A stretch of DNA of 37,065 nt, filler included, from an uncultured virus (IMG/VR IMGVR_UViG_2061766007_000328) (Duplodnaviria > Heunggongvirae > Uroviricota > Caudoviricetes > Crassvirales). It is 2 parts of one record of this genome, joined end to end, with 100 filler letters (N's around TTAATTAATTAA, not from the genome) between each part and the next. Parts side by side here need not be neighbours in the genome. Positions count along the whole stretch, not along the records: positions 1 to 24,346 come from IMGVR_UViG_2061766007_000328; 1 more part is not named here. One strand, written 5' to 3'. The notes beneath the pieces are model-generated. The model ran no database searches and was not told where the DNA came from. It was given only the letters and a program-made list of their open reading frames with translations. The translations under genes were made by a program, and so were the position numbers. Shown here piece after piece: positions 6,965 to 17,388 of the stretch (the first letter of the stretch is position 1; each line of letters opens with the position of its first letter).

Positions 6965-9900
6965 TTATGCGATAGGCGGAGTAGGTAGCGTAATCCAATC
7001 TGGATTAGCGCCGGGGCTATTGATATAGTTGTACCAAGTGTCAAGCTTTGCTGAGTATGCCAACCATGCGGAATCGGATGTATACATAGCAAGAATAGCG
7101 TTGTCGTGGTCCGCAGAACTGCCGTCGCCGACGTAAATATTAGTTATCGTGGTGTATTCAGCCTTTACAAAACTTGGAGCACACGGTAGGGCATCATTTG
7201 TGACGGCGTCATACCCAAGGTGTAGTATTACGCCAGTAGGAGGCAATCCCGCTTCACGACCAAATATGTAACCAACGTTATTTGAAGCCGCTTTCCCAAG
7301 CAACTCAAAGAACTCAACATTAACCAAAGCGTTACTATTAAATCTACCTATGACTGTACTGTTAGCATTTGCCATATAGACATCACCAAGCACTCGGACA
7401 TCTTTTACCGGAGAACCAGTATCAACTACAAGTCTTTGTGCATTTGTTGTATCGTACACGCCGCCAATAATAAGTTTCTTCGCTCTAATATTTGTCCCAA
7501 TGGAGCCACTTACTGTTGGGGCAAAGTAAATAACTCCAGTTCCATCCCCCGTATTGGCAATGCTGGCTATATTAAGAGTTGTGCCCACACCGCCATAACA
7601 GTATAGATTTGTAAGACTTGTGAGTCCCTGAGGGACATCAGCTCCCAAATTGGTAACAGTCGAGGGTATTATAAACGTTCCCACTAAACTTGAACATTCC
7701 GTGAAAGCTTTTTGGCCAATAGTCGTTACCGAACTCGGTATCGTGATAGAGGTTAAGCGATTCCAACGGTAGCAAGCACCGGCTCTAATTGTAGTTACAG
7801 TATTGGGTATTATCAAGTCGCGGACTTCCACGTCGTCGAAATATACATAGTGCGTATCCGAATTGTATCCAAATGGGATGCTTTGCTGATAGAATGAAGT
7901 ACTATTCGGGAGTAGGCTCATACTCCGTGCGAAATCACTGAAATACAGTTTCGTCAGCGATGAACAACCATTAAACCATTGGGAGTTAGAGTCGGTACTT
8001 GGCGAAATGCCAAGGAAGTGGAACTCTTCAAGGGAGGAGCAGTTTGCAAATACAGTTACATAGTCTCGCCCAACGTTACCGAGGATAGTAACGCTTGTAA
8101 GGCCGGTGCAACCATTGAACGCATTTGGTCCCAAAACAGTAACCGATGACGGAATGGTTATTGATGTTAAATTTGAGCACCCCAAGAATGCGCCTTCGCC
8201 AATACTCGTTATTGATGAAGGAATAGTTACTGACGTTATGCTTTTGCATCTGACCAAACAATAAGATTTAATCTGTGTCATTGTTGACGGGAAGTTAACG
8301 TTAGTAACCGGCTCATCATTTAGATATAACGTTCCACCAGTAGCACCAGAAGGTCCAAACGGATGTGCATTTTGCCCGTTCCACGAAATGCTTATAAAAG
8401 CATTAAGGTCTGTTATGTATATTTTATTAACTTTAAGACAACCCTGAAACACATTAGTATCAGTCGCGGTAACACTGCTCGGAATTCCAATCACCTCAAG
8501 ATTTGACGTGCTCTTAAACGCCACGCCAGCAAGATAAGTAACCCCGGTAAAATAAATCAATTCCTTAAAGTCTATGATGCTTGTGTCTTGGGCAAAACCT
8601 GCCTGATATAAGCTACTTACGGATGCGGCTTGCGTATACGTGATACCCGTCCCATCACCCCAATTACTCACACATATCTGCTTAACTTCATTATCCACAA
8701 ATGGTATGTATATCTGCGTAGGATCATAAATAAGCTGCAGAGAACCAAGTTGCGGTATCATGTTGGCCTTAAGACCTTCTGTCCCGTAATCTTCCGCACT
8801 ATCAGGATCAAGCCCCATATCCTCAAACAACTGCATATAGAATGGAGTATTCAGTTGTATCTTTCCGATAATAGACGGCACGGCAGTAGGAGCAGGAGCA
8901 CCATCCGCAGTAACTCCAGTATATGTAACCTCATTACCATCTTTGTCATGACCGGAAGCCAATCCCGATATTATAGCCAAATCAGAGTTGTCAATAAGTT
9001 TAGTGCCGTTTATAGTTACTGATATATTTCTAAGACTTGAATTCTCTGTATTATAAATGTCGTACAGCAACTCCAATGCATCAACTCCGCAATTCTCCAT
9101 TTGAAGAAGCTCGATACCAGACAAGTCGCTTGGCATCTGCAGGTTTTGAAGAGTTAACCTCCTCATGTTCTTCATTGATATGTTACTGATAGCATCTGGA
9201 AGACTAAGTTTCTCTATAGGTTGACCATTTGCAAACCTCAACTGAGTTACACTCGTACCGTCGAAATAAGCCTCCCTCAATCTCTTGCACGGGGAAAGAT
9301 CCACAACACCTGACAGTGATGTGGCATTTCTTGCATCAATCCTTTCAAGACAATTTGTCCCCGAGAAGGCTATTCCTGGAACATTAGTGGTAACATTCGA
9401 CACCTCTACACCATTCTCAGTCCTCGTTGCATCTTCGTCTCCAATCTTAAAATTAATCAGCTTTGCGCCTTCCACAGTAATAGTCTGCATATAACCTGGC
9501 GCAAGGTTGAGGTCTTTCCAGTCTCCAAGATACCAAAGAAGATTAGAAGCATTTATTGACGCTTCGGTCTCTCCGTTTCCGAACGAACCAACAAACTCAC
9601 ACTCGTCACCAACCCATGTTCTACTGGTTGGCTGCATAGTAGTACCAACAGCAAAACCGGGATATAGAGGGGTAGCGGGAACAAACGACGGGTTACGCCA
9701 GTTATACGGACGGAAATTGATTCTTCCAAGATTGCTATCGGCATAGTCTCCAAACGGTCCTACGCGGAATAACGACATCATATATATCATTCTCTTATAG
9801 AACCAATAGTATTCTGCCGAATAGTGGTTACCAAGTGACTGTATAAGTGATACGCCAGAATACTTAGAATCCAACCACCCATCCTCGTACTTAAATGCAG

Positions 9901-12900
9901 CATCGGCATTATAAGCACTCTGCGGGAAGTAGTTCTGCGCCTTGTCCCAGAACCTTGTCTTCATGTAGCTCATAAGACCAGCGAGCGTACCACCACCAGC
10001 CCCTGCTATGGAAGCCATTGCCTGAAGGACGGCCTTGCCAGTAGATATTATACCATCCTCGGAATTGCCGCTTACAGTTGACACGTAATCATCCATGTAG
10101 CATTCGTGGATGAGATTCCAAAACACAGATTGGCTTCCTCCAAAATACGGAGCCCCGTTATTTGAATCCAGGAATTCCATCCATGTCGGCATCGTATCTG
10201 CTCCAAGGTTTCCAATACCGCCAAGGGAATCAAGGTCATCCTGCCTCCAGCCCCAACGTCCATCATTGGAAAGAGAACCCATCTTAACAGGATAGGAGTT
10301 CTTTCCAAAGTTATCCATGGAACCAAAAATCATCATGAACACATAACAATAGCACGAATCGTGGATATCCCAATAATTCTCAGCAGTTGCCATGAAGCGC
10401 TCACGTCTTTTAGCCCGGAACCACTCGTTTTCCTCAAGAAGATTATTGCCTTCCGGTGTTCCGTGTTCCGTCACAAGGTTTCTTCCGGTAGGGAGATACT
10501 TGCCCTGTTTCAAATCATAATAGTACAGGTCATAATCATCTTCTACCCAAATCTGATAGAACTCCATAGTAGTCCTTCCATCAGGACTAAGCGAGCCATT
10601 AAACGTAGCGATGTTGTTATTTATATACTCTATGGTAGCCGCTGCAGTCTGGCCATAAGTTCCAAGACTGATAGGGACAAGTAGAGTTGAGTTATAGAAA
10701 ACATGCTCGTAAGCAGGCTTGAACTCGCTTTCAAGAACCTCCTGTATTGCGGATTGGTCCGCGGATTTATCAGTACTTAAGTCGTTACAGTTTCCTACCT
10801 CCCAACCTTTATCATAAGAGTTGGTGCCAAGCACTATATTCAAAGCCTCGTTAGATGCCAGATACTGCACATCAGAATTCCAAGGACTGTTGAACATCAC
10901 AAGTTTCCTGGCATGGTCCGTACCTTCCATAGTTATAAGTTCGGAAGGAATATCAACCCCATTGCCCTCGTCTACTATATCATATCCAAATGTCGGTTTG
11001 TCTCCTTTGTCTGGACCTATAGTAAATATGCCTATAAAAACATAGCTGTTCCCTTCTTTAGAAAATCCATACACCGGATGCTGGTACACAGCAACAGAAG
11101 GCACAGGCTTATTATTCTGTTTGGCATATTCCTGAGCTTTATTTTCAAGCCCAATTGCATCGTGAAGTTCTGTATATGCCCATGTAGCGCCCATCTTGTG
11201 AGACTGCATAGACGAGGCAGAATTAATCTTCGCTGTGATCCTCTTTACCGCCGGATGGTTACCACTTCCATCGAATATCACAGATTTGCTCTGCTCGGGA
11301 TCATCCCAAGTGTACTCGTATGAGCCTGCCCTGCTACTTCTGGAAGAAAGATACGAAACTGGCACCTTCTTGTCGGAGTTCGTTTTATCTATTCTCCACC
11401 GCAGATTCCACCTATAGTAGTTCATGGACGTAGTTCCCTGACCACCTACCTCAACGTTGAATATTTTCCAGTCCCACTCCGGATGTTCGCCATAATGCAT
11501 TTCCAGATTACAGCGCCCCTTATCGTCTGTTCCCCAGTTATTTGCCCTTGATGGCACATTTGCGCCATTAAGCATTTCTATAACAAAGAAATTCTTGTCG
11601 TGGTTCTTTACTGCCTCGTAATCAATGTTCCTGCCATTCGCGTCCATAACAGAAGCAAGAACCTCTGACAAGTCTTTTCTGGCAGCAACGTCCTTAAGGG
11701 AGTTTATATAGTTGGCTTGAATATTCACATCAGATAGTACGGAGCCATATTTCCTAAGGAAATATAACGATACGTCAGATTGTTCTGCACCTATTATCAA
11801 CGAACCTTCTGTTGCCCATGCACTACCGGTTGCATACTCGAACTGGAAATTCTTACATCCGTTAATATATCCTGTGACAAGGTTCTTGTCGCTTCCTCTG
11901 AAACTTGGATACATTGTTATAGCAAGATGCACGACCTCTTCATCCATAAGGTTGCAGCCTCGATAAATATCATTCGCATCGGTGCTGTCCGAGCCAGAGT
12001 GTACTAAGATATTAGTAGGTTTAACCTTTATTCCTCGCCACGGGCTAGATACAAGATTATCGGCAATGGTTATGACTGGCTCGTCATAATCAGTAACGTT
12101 GGATATCCTATAGCACAGTTCAAGAGTAATACCATCACCGTTTATAATCTGATACTGTGAATACGGCAACTCCATCTTCGATCCGGCACGAATATATAAG
12201 CCTTTCCTCTGTATATCGTCAGATATCCATCCGTCAATGCCGTCAACCCAAGTCATATTAGTCCATTCAGGAGTATACTCAAGTTTGTTCTTAGCGTTGA
12301 CTATCTTGAGATAGTTCTGGTCTGCATTATTCCTTGTGGCGCAATTGATATAGAAATCAAAACCGGGAGTAGGAGGGAAAGTACTCGAATTATCCACAGC
12401 AACATCAACTGTCTGGTTGTTACCGTATGTCATATTAGCACGAACAACAAGATTTATAGTCTCCTCCGTAATCCATTCCAAGTCTACATTATACGGTTGC
12501 CTTGTTGATGTTGGAACATTTTCAAGAACTGTTTCAGGTATTATAACTGTTGGATTGTAATTTATAATCTGGACCACCTCAACAGTCGGAGAACCAGTTG
12601 CTGCCCCCTTGTTGTATATAGAATACTCGAACATCTTTGATGTCGTGTAATTATATACTGATTTAGCAACCTCATTGACACACACAAGACGAGCATTGGT
12701 CATATCGCCCTGTGCAACGTACATTATGTTGTAGTTAACCGGCGATGATACAAGCGCAGACGCTCCAGTTCCGGATGTAAGATATGCGGACACCAAATAC
12801 ACACCAGTCGCCAATTCAGACAAATCAAGACCCATGTTCTGCACGTAATTAAACGGAACTTGGTCATAAGAAGAAGGGCCTATAGGATACTCAAACTCGA

Positions 12901-13663
12901 GGACTTTAAGTTCTCCGTTATAAATATCCATGTGGAGGGTCTTGTTAAGAGCACCTACGATACGATAACCGCCAAGTTTATAGTTAGCAACATCACCACC
13001 CTCAACTATCGGAAGATACCAAGAGTTGTTCAGCGGCTCGATAAACATATCGGTCATGTTGATGGTATATGTTATGGACGACGAAACACTGGAATCATCC
13101 TCATCAACAAAATTTATCTTCACGCGGTTAGCACCAGAACCAATGACATTCCTTACATCTATAGAATACAACTGACCAGCAGGATAGATCGTTGGTTCCT
13201 GAATCATCTCGAACTCACCAAGGGCCCCTACATCCACATACGCTGACACTATCACGCCGGAGTTAGTGCCCGTCCATACGGCGTCAGATATATTTCTTGT
13301 CTGCACCTCAAAACCAAGAGAAAGTATCAACTCGGTCTGATTGGTTGCAACATTTATCGTGGTCGTATTGTTCTTATTGTCAAGCGCAACCCTGAACAAA
13401 TCAGAACTGAATGTAATAGCCGTAGAGTAAAGTACCAGATTTGTCTGGGAGTCGTCATCAATAAACGACTGTTTGTCTTCGTCGGAAGCAAAGAAATACA
13501 AAGTCATGTTGGCCGGATTGAAATACATGGCGTTTGCAATCGAGCCAAGATAACTCTTTATAAAAGACTGTACCGCTCTTCCGCTATAGGGGAGCCCGTT
13601 AGTTGTATCTTTACTCCAATCCTGAGACAGATTGGTTATATTATTAGGACTATACTTTGCCAT
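6965..13663 (-). CDS. Giant 2232-aa probable virion protein: Ig/LamG-like + CotH-like kinase + BspA-type LRRs (allele A)
   Basis: LamG-like GITLELCY...YINGCK; GQGTTSMNYYRWN, DNFGKN, WRQDDLDS kinase-like motifs; TIPSSITSIGEGAFLGCSNLTSI repeats. Confidence 0.75.
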   Translation of the reverse strand: MAKYSPNNITNLSQDWSKDTTNGLPYSGRAVQSFIKSYLGSIANAMYFNPANMTLYFFASDEDKQSFIDDDSQTNLVLYSTAITFSSDLFRVALDNKNNTTTINVATNQTELILSLGFEVQTRNISDAVWTGTNSGVIVSAYVDVGALGEFEMIQEPTIYPAGQLYSIDVRNVIGSGANRVKINFVDEDDSSVSSSITYTINMTDMFIEPLNNSWYLPIVEGGDVANYKLGGYRIVGALNKTLHMDIYNGELKVLEFEYPIGPSSYDQVPFNYVQNMGLDLSELATGVYLVSAYLTSGTGASALVSSPVNYNIMYVAQGDMTNARLVCVNEVAKSVYNYTTSKMFEYSIYNKGAATGSPTVEVVQIINYNPTVIIPETVLENVPTSTRQPYNVDLEWITEETINLVVRANMTYGNNQTVDVAVDNSSTFPPTPGFDFYINCATRNNADQNYLKIVNAKNKLEYTPEWTNMTWVDGIDGWISDDIQRKGLYIRAGSKMELPYSQYQIINGDGITLELCYRISNVTDYDEPVITIADNLVSSPWRGIKVKPTNILVHSGSDSTDANDIYRGCNLMDEEVVHLAITMYPSFRGSDKNLVTGYINGCKNFQFEYATGSAWATEGSLIIGAEQSDVSLYFLRKYGSVLSDVNIQANYINSLKDVAARKDLSEVLASVMDANGRNIDYEAVKNHDKNFFVIEMLNGANVPSRANNWGTDDKGRCNLEMHYGEHPEWDWKIFNVEVGGQGTTSMNYYRWNLRWRIDKTNSDKKVPVSYLSSRSSRAGSYEYTWDDPEQSKSVIFDGSGNHPAVKRITAKINSASSMQSHKMGATWAYTELHDAIGLENKAQEYAKQNNKPVPSVAVYQHPVYGFSKEGNSYVFIGIFTIGPDKGDKPTFGYDIVDEGNGVDIPSELITMEGTDHARKLVMFNSPWNSDVQYLASNEALNIVLGTNSYDKGWEVGNCNDLSTDKSADQSAIQEVLESEFKPAYEHVFYNSTLLVPISLGTYGQTAAATIEYINNNIATFNGSLSPDGRTTMEFYQIWVEDDYDLYYYDLKQGKYLPTGRNLVTEHGTPEGNNLLEENEWFRAKRRERFMATAENYWDIHDSCYCYVFMMIFGSMDNFGKNSYPVKMGSLSNDGRWGWRQDDLDSLGGIGNLGADTMPTWMEFLDSNNGAPYFGGSQSVFWNLIHECYMDDYVSTVSGNSEDGIISTGKAVLQAMASIAGAGGGTLAGLMSYMKTRFWDKAQNYFPQSAYNADAAFKYEDGWLDSKYSGVSLIQSLGNHYSAEYYWFYKRMIYMMSLFRVGPFGDYADSNLGRINFRPYNWRNPSFVPATPLYPGFAVGTTMQPTSRTWVGDECEFVGSFGNGETEASINASNLLWYLGDWKDLNLAPGYMQTITVEGAKLINFKIGDEDATRTENGVEVSNVTTNVPGIAFSGTNCLERIDARNATSLSGVVDLSPCKRLREAYFDGTSVTQLRFANGQPIEKLSLPDAISNISMKNMRRLTLQNLQMPSDLSGIELLQMENCGVDALELLYDIYNTENSSLRNISVTINGTKLIDNSDLAIISGLASGHDKDGNEVTYTGVTADGAPAPTAVPSIIGKIQLNTPFYMQLFEDMGLDPDSAEDYGTEGLKANMIPQLGSLQLIYDPTQIYIPFVDNEVKQICVSNWGDGTGITYTQAASVSSLYQAGFAQDTSIIDFKELIYFTGVTYLAGVAFKSTSNLEVIGIPSSVTATDTNVFQGCLKVNKIYITDLNAFISISWNGQNAHPFGPSGATGGTLYLNDEPVTNVNFPSTMTQIKSYCLVRCKSITSVTIPSSITSIGEGAFLGCSNLTSITIPSSVTVLGPNAFNGCTGLTSVTILGNVGRDYVTVFANCSSLEEFHFLGISPSTDSNSQWFNGCSSLTKLYFSDFARSMSLLPNSTSFYQQSIPFGYNSDTHYVYFDDVEVRDLIIPNTVTTIRAGACYRWNRLTSITIPSSVTTIGQKAFTECSSLVGTFIIPSTVTNLGADVPQGLTSLTNLYCYGGVGTTLNIASIANTGDGTGVIYFAPTVSGSIGTNIRAKKLIIGGVYDTTNAQRLVVDTGSPVKDVRVLGDVYMANANSTVIGRFNSNALVNVEFFELLGKAASNNVGYIFGREAGLPPTGVILHLGYDAVTNDALPCAPSFVKAEYTTITNIYVGDGSSADHDNAILAMYTSDSAWLAYSAKLDTWYNYINSPGANPDWITLPTPPIA

Positions 13664-13674
13664 ATACTATATTA

Positions 13675-13863
13675 TTAATTTTTCCAACCTTCATTGTTAA
13701 GCCACGGCTTATCGTTAACCCAGTAACCAGCCCCGAAGCATGACTTTATTGCCGTCCATACAAGCCTTGCGCCTCTGTACACTTCAGTCACTACACGCCA
13801 CTGACGTATATTGACCATCTTGTATCTGGCTGACAGCGCCTTATTTCCTTCGTGATAAATCAT
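13675..13863 (-). CDS. Small Trp-rich fibre-adaptor-like protein, allele A
   Basis: 62 aa, EVYRGARLVW and CFGAGYWVNDKPWLNNEGWKN; homologue at 22322-22513. Confidence 0.8.
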   Translation of the reverse strand: MIYHEGNKALSARYKMVNIRQWRVVTEVYRGARLVWTAIKSCFGAGYWVNDKPWLNNEGWKN

Positions 13864-14978
13864 AATTCCTCCGGCTCTTCTTCAGACTCTTCCTCCGGTT
13901 CGGTATCATCGTCCACCTCACCGACGGCAATTGAGTCATCCTCTTCATAGACATTGTATGTTTTGGTTATATCCTTAATTGCAATGGCATCGAACGCTTC
14001 CTGGGTAAGCCAAACCTCATCATCTTTCCTCTGGAAATCATCGGAGTTTATCTCAAGACTACCCGCCTGTACCCAAGTTCTAGTGGAACCGTCAACCTGT
14101 ATGATGTACTGGTCATACTTTTCCGTCTCGTCATTATATAAAAGATAAACAATACTTGTGGAAGCGTTCTCTTCTGACGGCAACTCGTCAACGATGCTCA
14201 TAGTCGTATTGTTCGTTCCAGGCTCTCCCTGCATTCCCTTAAGGCCATAGAAGGACAACGTAAGTATACCGTCCTCTATGCTCGCAACACACCTTGGTGT
14301 GCCCGGAAGCCAATCAACAGTAGCACTTGCATCCTGTATTCCAGCAGGCCCATTCTTTACCTTGAAGGTAAATTCCCTATCATCCTCAAGTGTAATCTTG
14401 ATTATATTATTCCCCTCAGGCTCAAGAGACTCTGTTGTCTGAGTGATGGACTTTATGGATGTTCCCTTGAGACCGCTGAAGGAGAAATGTATGTTCTTCT
14501 CCTCATTAGTTCCGCCTGTGGAAACATCTACAGCAGGCTCTCCGCCGGTATCGTCAATCTCAGCGTCAATCGTTCCGAATCCAGCAGGAGTTCCGGGGTC
14601 TCCCTTGACTCCCTTCTGCTCGTTAATCCACTCCTCAAGCGTACCTTCATACCCAGCCTCTACGGCAAGTTCATAATTCGACTTTCCCCTTGGACCAACT
14701 GGTCCTATATACGGGCGTATGGCATTACATATAGCATCATAGGCAACAAGAGCATTGACGTATGACTCGAGCAGCAATTCGCTCTGCATACTTGAGGATA
14801 CACCAAGGTCCCGTATCTGTATGACACTATACTTGCTCGGCTCTCCGTTATACCTTCCAGAATTCTTCAGGATAGATATTGCTGTCCTTTCCGACGTCGC
14901 CGCCATCAATGCAAGACCTGAATCCCCTCCTGCGGTAAACGATGCCACATATAGATGGTTTGTATTACAATTATCCAT
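13860..14978 (-). CDS. Collagen-motif fibre protein, allele A
   Basis: G-X-Y triplets, SNYELAVEAGYEGTLEEW motif, C-terminal WLTQEAFDAI..KDITKTYNVYE. Confidence 0.75.
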   Translation of the reverse strand: MDNCNTNHLYVASFTAGGDSGLALMAATSERTAISILKNSGRYNGEPSKYSVIQIRDLGVSSSMQSELLLESYVNALVAYDAICNAIRPYIGPVGPRGKSNYELAVEAGYEGTLEEWINEQKGVKGDPGTPAGFGTIDAEIDDTGGEPAVDVSTGGTNEEKNIHFSFSGLKGTSIKSITQTTESLEPEGNNIIKITLEDDREFTFKVKNGPAGIQDASATVDWLPGTPRCVASIEDGILTLSFYGLKGMQGEPGTNNTTMSIVDELPSEENASTSIVYLLYNDETEKYDQYIIQVDGSTRTWVQAGSLEINSDDFQRKDDEVWLTQEAFDAIAIKDITKTYNVYEEDDSIAVGEVDDDTEPEEESEEEPEEL

Positions 14979-14979
14979 A

Positions 14980-15768
14980 TCAATAAACGTATATCAATCT
15001 GTATGTCTGATTCGCAGCAAAGTTGCCAGTCCCTGCCGTAACTGTGAATGTTCCGTTGGAATATGACTTGCTTCCTGTGGTGTAGTAATACTCTCGTGCG
15101 GCTCGTGTTCCCGATGAGTTGTATCTGCAAGCGGTTGTGTACACGTTAGAGCCATCGCCAATTACACTTGACACAAGATAAGTCGAAGTCGAAGAGTTAG
15201 TAAGGTATGAACCTGATGAAGCCAAGGATAATTGCACCGCAAACATCTTCGGTTGTCCCGACACCGTAAAAGCGAGTGACAAAGCATTGCTTGAGCCAAC
15301 CTTCTTTGTCGTGGTCGCTACCGTTGCGGATGCTCCTGTATAGTTTCCCGTCACGCCCAAAATGGTTGTCCCACTCTTGATGTTTCCCGCCGTTATNNNN
15401 NNNNNNNNNNNNNNNNNNNNNNNNNNNNNNNNNNNNNNNNNNNNNNNCTTCGTGAGATACTTTCCACTTGTCGGAGTAATGTCCTGTGAGGATGTGGTCG
15501 GAGTTGCGGTCTTGGTTTCGGTCTGGATCGCCCCCACCGTAACTTGGCTCAAGCCGTCATACCCGTTATCTGCCGTGATGGTCTGCTGACTTGTCGAAGG
15601 CGCTGCCGTCTTGCTCTGCAACGAAGGCGTAGTAGAAATGCTATCTATCAAGTCTGCATAGTCATCCAATTTGGCACTTGAAGACACGGTTACGCCCTTG
15701 CCCTCTATCGCAGTCTTAATATCCGCTTTTGCCCCTTGGAGGCGAGTCAAATCGCTTGCTATGCTCAT
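14980..15768 (-). CDS. Tail-fibre-like protein, allele A (internal gap)
   Basis: [27 protein letters not shown]-terminus, two KTxxPxTSxQxIT...LxxVTV repeats, [13 protein letters not shown]. Confidence 0.7.
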   Translation of the reverse strand: MSIASDLTRLQGAKADIKTAIEGKGVTVSSSAKLDDYADLIDSISTTPSLQSKTAAPSTSQQTITADNGYDGLSQVTVGAIQTETKTATPTTSSQDITPTSGKYLTKXXXXXXXXXXXXXXXXXITAGNIKSGTTILGVTGNYTGASATVATTTKKVGSSNALSLAFTVSGQPKMFAVQLSLASSGSYLTNSSTSTYLVSSVIGDGSNVYTTACRYNSSGTRAAREYYYTTGSKSYSNGTFTVTAGTGNFAANQTYRLIYVY

Positions 15769-15769
15769 A

Positions 15770-15940
15770 CTACAACGATGCTAAAATTGTTGCTATATCA
15801 CCAATCTGCGACTCAACTCCGGCTACTATCTGCGCCGGAGTAATATACTCGGTATCGGACACAGGCAACTTTTCTGTACCTGCTATTGTTGCCTTCTGCG
15901 TAAGAAGGTCAATGTCTTTATGTGTTATTGTTCCTGGCAT
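15770..15940 (-). CDS. Small hypothetical protein, 56 aa (not in ORF track)
   Basis: [56 protein letters not shown]; fills the gap with 8-nt and 1-nt spacing. Confidence 0.75.
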   Translation of the reverse strand: MPGTITHKDIDLLTQKATIAGTEKLPVSDTEYITPAQIVAGVESQIGDIATILASL

Positions 15941-15948
15941 AATTACTA

Positions 15949-16767
15949 TTACTTATCTGGACCCAATATAAAATCTCCTGTACCATTATTCCCATATAGA
16001 GTACCGCTAATCTTGTCATACATATAACCAACCTGACCAACTCTAACTGGGATCAAGTCATATACAAGATTATCTCCAACTACAATAGATAAACTCCCGA
16101 TTATAATAGGAGCATTATATGTAGTATATCCGCCGAATAACTTAAAAGAAGTTATATTAGATTTTAGTGGCCTTATTGTTTCGGTTTCTACTCCTCCTGT
16201 AATCTTTTTCGTAGTTGACAACAAAAAATACGTTAATTCATTTTCAGATATAGAAATACCACCGTTTGTTGCTACACCGCCAAGCGTAGAAGCATACGTG
16301 TGCATTCCTGTCGCAGCTGTTCTGCTATACCACTCAGCGTGGAATTGGGCATTTGGATCAGCCCCAAGTATCATATAAGACCTTGAAGATGTTACGGCCT
16401 TTAGTGTGCCGCTTATCTCAAAGTAGGTTCCACTCTGACAAGACAACGGTAATTCTATATATTGTGTTCCTGATGACCGTAAATACTCTATTTCAGAATC
16501 ATATAGCTTATAACCTATTGCCGTATCATTATATGTAATACATGTGTCATTCCAAGTTATTGATACTAAAGAGTCAGCTTTTTTTTGAGTTACTGACAAC
16601 ACGGCTGTAATTGAACCAACACCAGAAGTGAATGTTATATCCTTGGTTCTGGCGGGACCGGCATTGGCATCCGAGGAAACCATTATTGTCTGGTTCCCGG
16701 ATGCCGCCGTATACGTCAAGTATATCTTGTCGCCGGTCCCGTCTCCCCAAAGAATCTCTGTAACCAT
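15949..16767 (-). CDS. N-terminal half-BACON + LamG/lectin-like domain protein
   Basis: ASGNQTIMVSSDANAGPARTKDITF...LSVTQ, then EIEYLRSSGTQYI...DLIPV...GYMYDKISG..GTGDFILGP. Confidence 0.7.
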   Translation of the reverse strand: MVTEILWGDGTGDKIYLTYTAASGNQTIMVSSDANAGPARTKDITFTSGVGSITAVLSVTQKKADSLVSITWNDTCITYNDTAIGYKLYDSEIEYLRSSGTQYIELPLSCQSGTYFEISGTLKAVTSSRSYMILGADPNAQFHAEWYSRTAATGMHTYASTLGGVATNGGISISENELTYFLLSTTKKITGGVETETIRPLKSNITSFKLFGGYTTYNAPIIIGSLSIVVGDNLVYDLIPVRVGQVGYMYDKISGTLYGNNGTGDFILGPDK

Positions 16768-17372
16768 TAGCTGATAGTCCAGTTAGTATTGGATGTAACG
16801 GAAACAGACTGCGCTGTACCAGCAGCAGGAATCGTGATGGTAGAAGGACTGATGCTAAGGGTAGGATCTGCAGCAGCCTGGGTTATATTACAAACAGCAG
16901 CAGTACCACTGTTCGGAGTAACCGTAATCTGCGACGTCTTGGATGACGTGCTTGAGTTGGCAGAAATATTTGAAATGGTGATACTGAATGCGTACTGCGC
17001 AGATGCTCCAGGGTCACCGGAAATAGCCGCCCCGTTATTCGTCGATACAGAGTTGGCGGTATATGACGAGGGCAATGAAATACCTATATTGTCCGTACCA
17101 GTCTCTGTAAATGTCAGTTTGGAAGAGTTCGATGTTCCTGAAATAGTGACAGAACCACCAGTCTTTGCCACTGTAGCAGTTGAGTCAATAGTTACAAACT
17201 CCGTCTTTCCTGACTGGGTTACAGAAAGAGTCTTCGAATCCACACCTGAAGCCGAGAATGTTGCGGTGGTAGTTCTCGCTGTACGACCAGTATGTTCAGA
17301 AGCACTGAACGATACTGTATCATTTCCGCTACCACTTGTCTTTGATGGATTTAACCACGATGCGTATGCCAT
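16767..17372 (-). CDS. Circularly permuted BACON/Ig protein (201 aa)
   Basis: Begins ASWLNPSKTSGSGN...RT...VTQ and ends LSISPSTITIPAAG...VTSNTNWTIS. Confidence 0.8.
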   Translation of the reverse strand: MAYASWLNPSKTSGSGNDTVSFSASEHTGRTARTTTATFSASGVDSKTLSVTQSGKTEFVTIDSTATVAKTGGSVTISGTSNSSKLTFTETGTDNIGISLPSSYTANSVSTNNGAAISGDPGASAQYAFSITISNISANSSTSSKTSQITVTPNSGTAAVCNITQAAADPTLSISPSTITIPAAGTAQSVSVTSNTNWTIS

Positions 17373-17388
17373 ATAATATCTATTTTAA

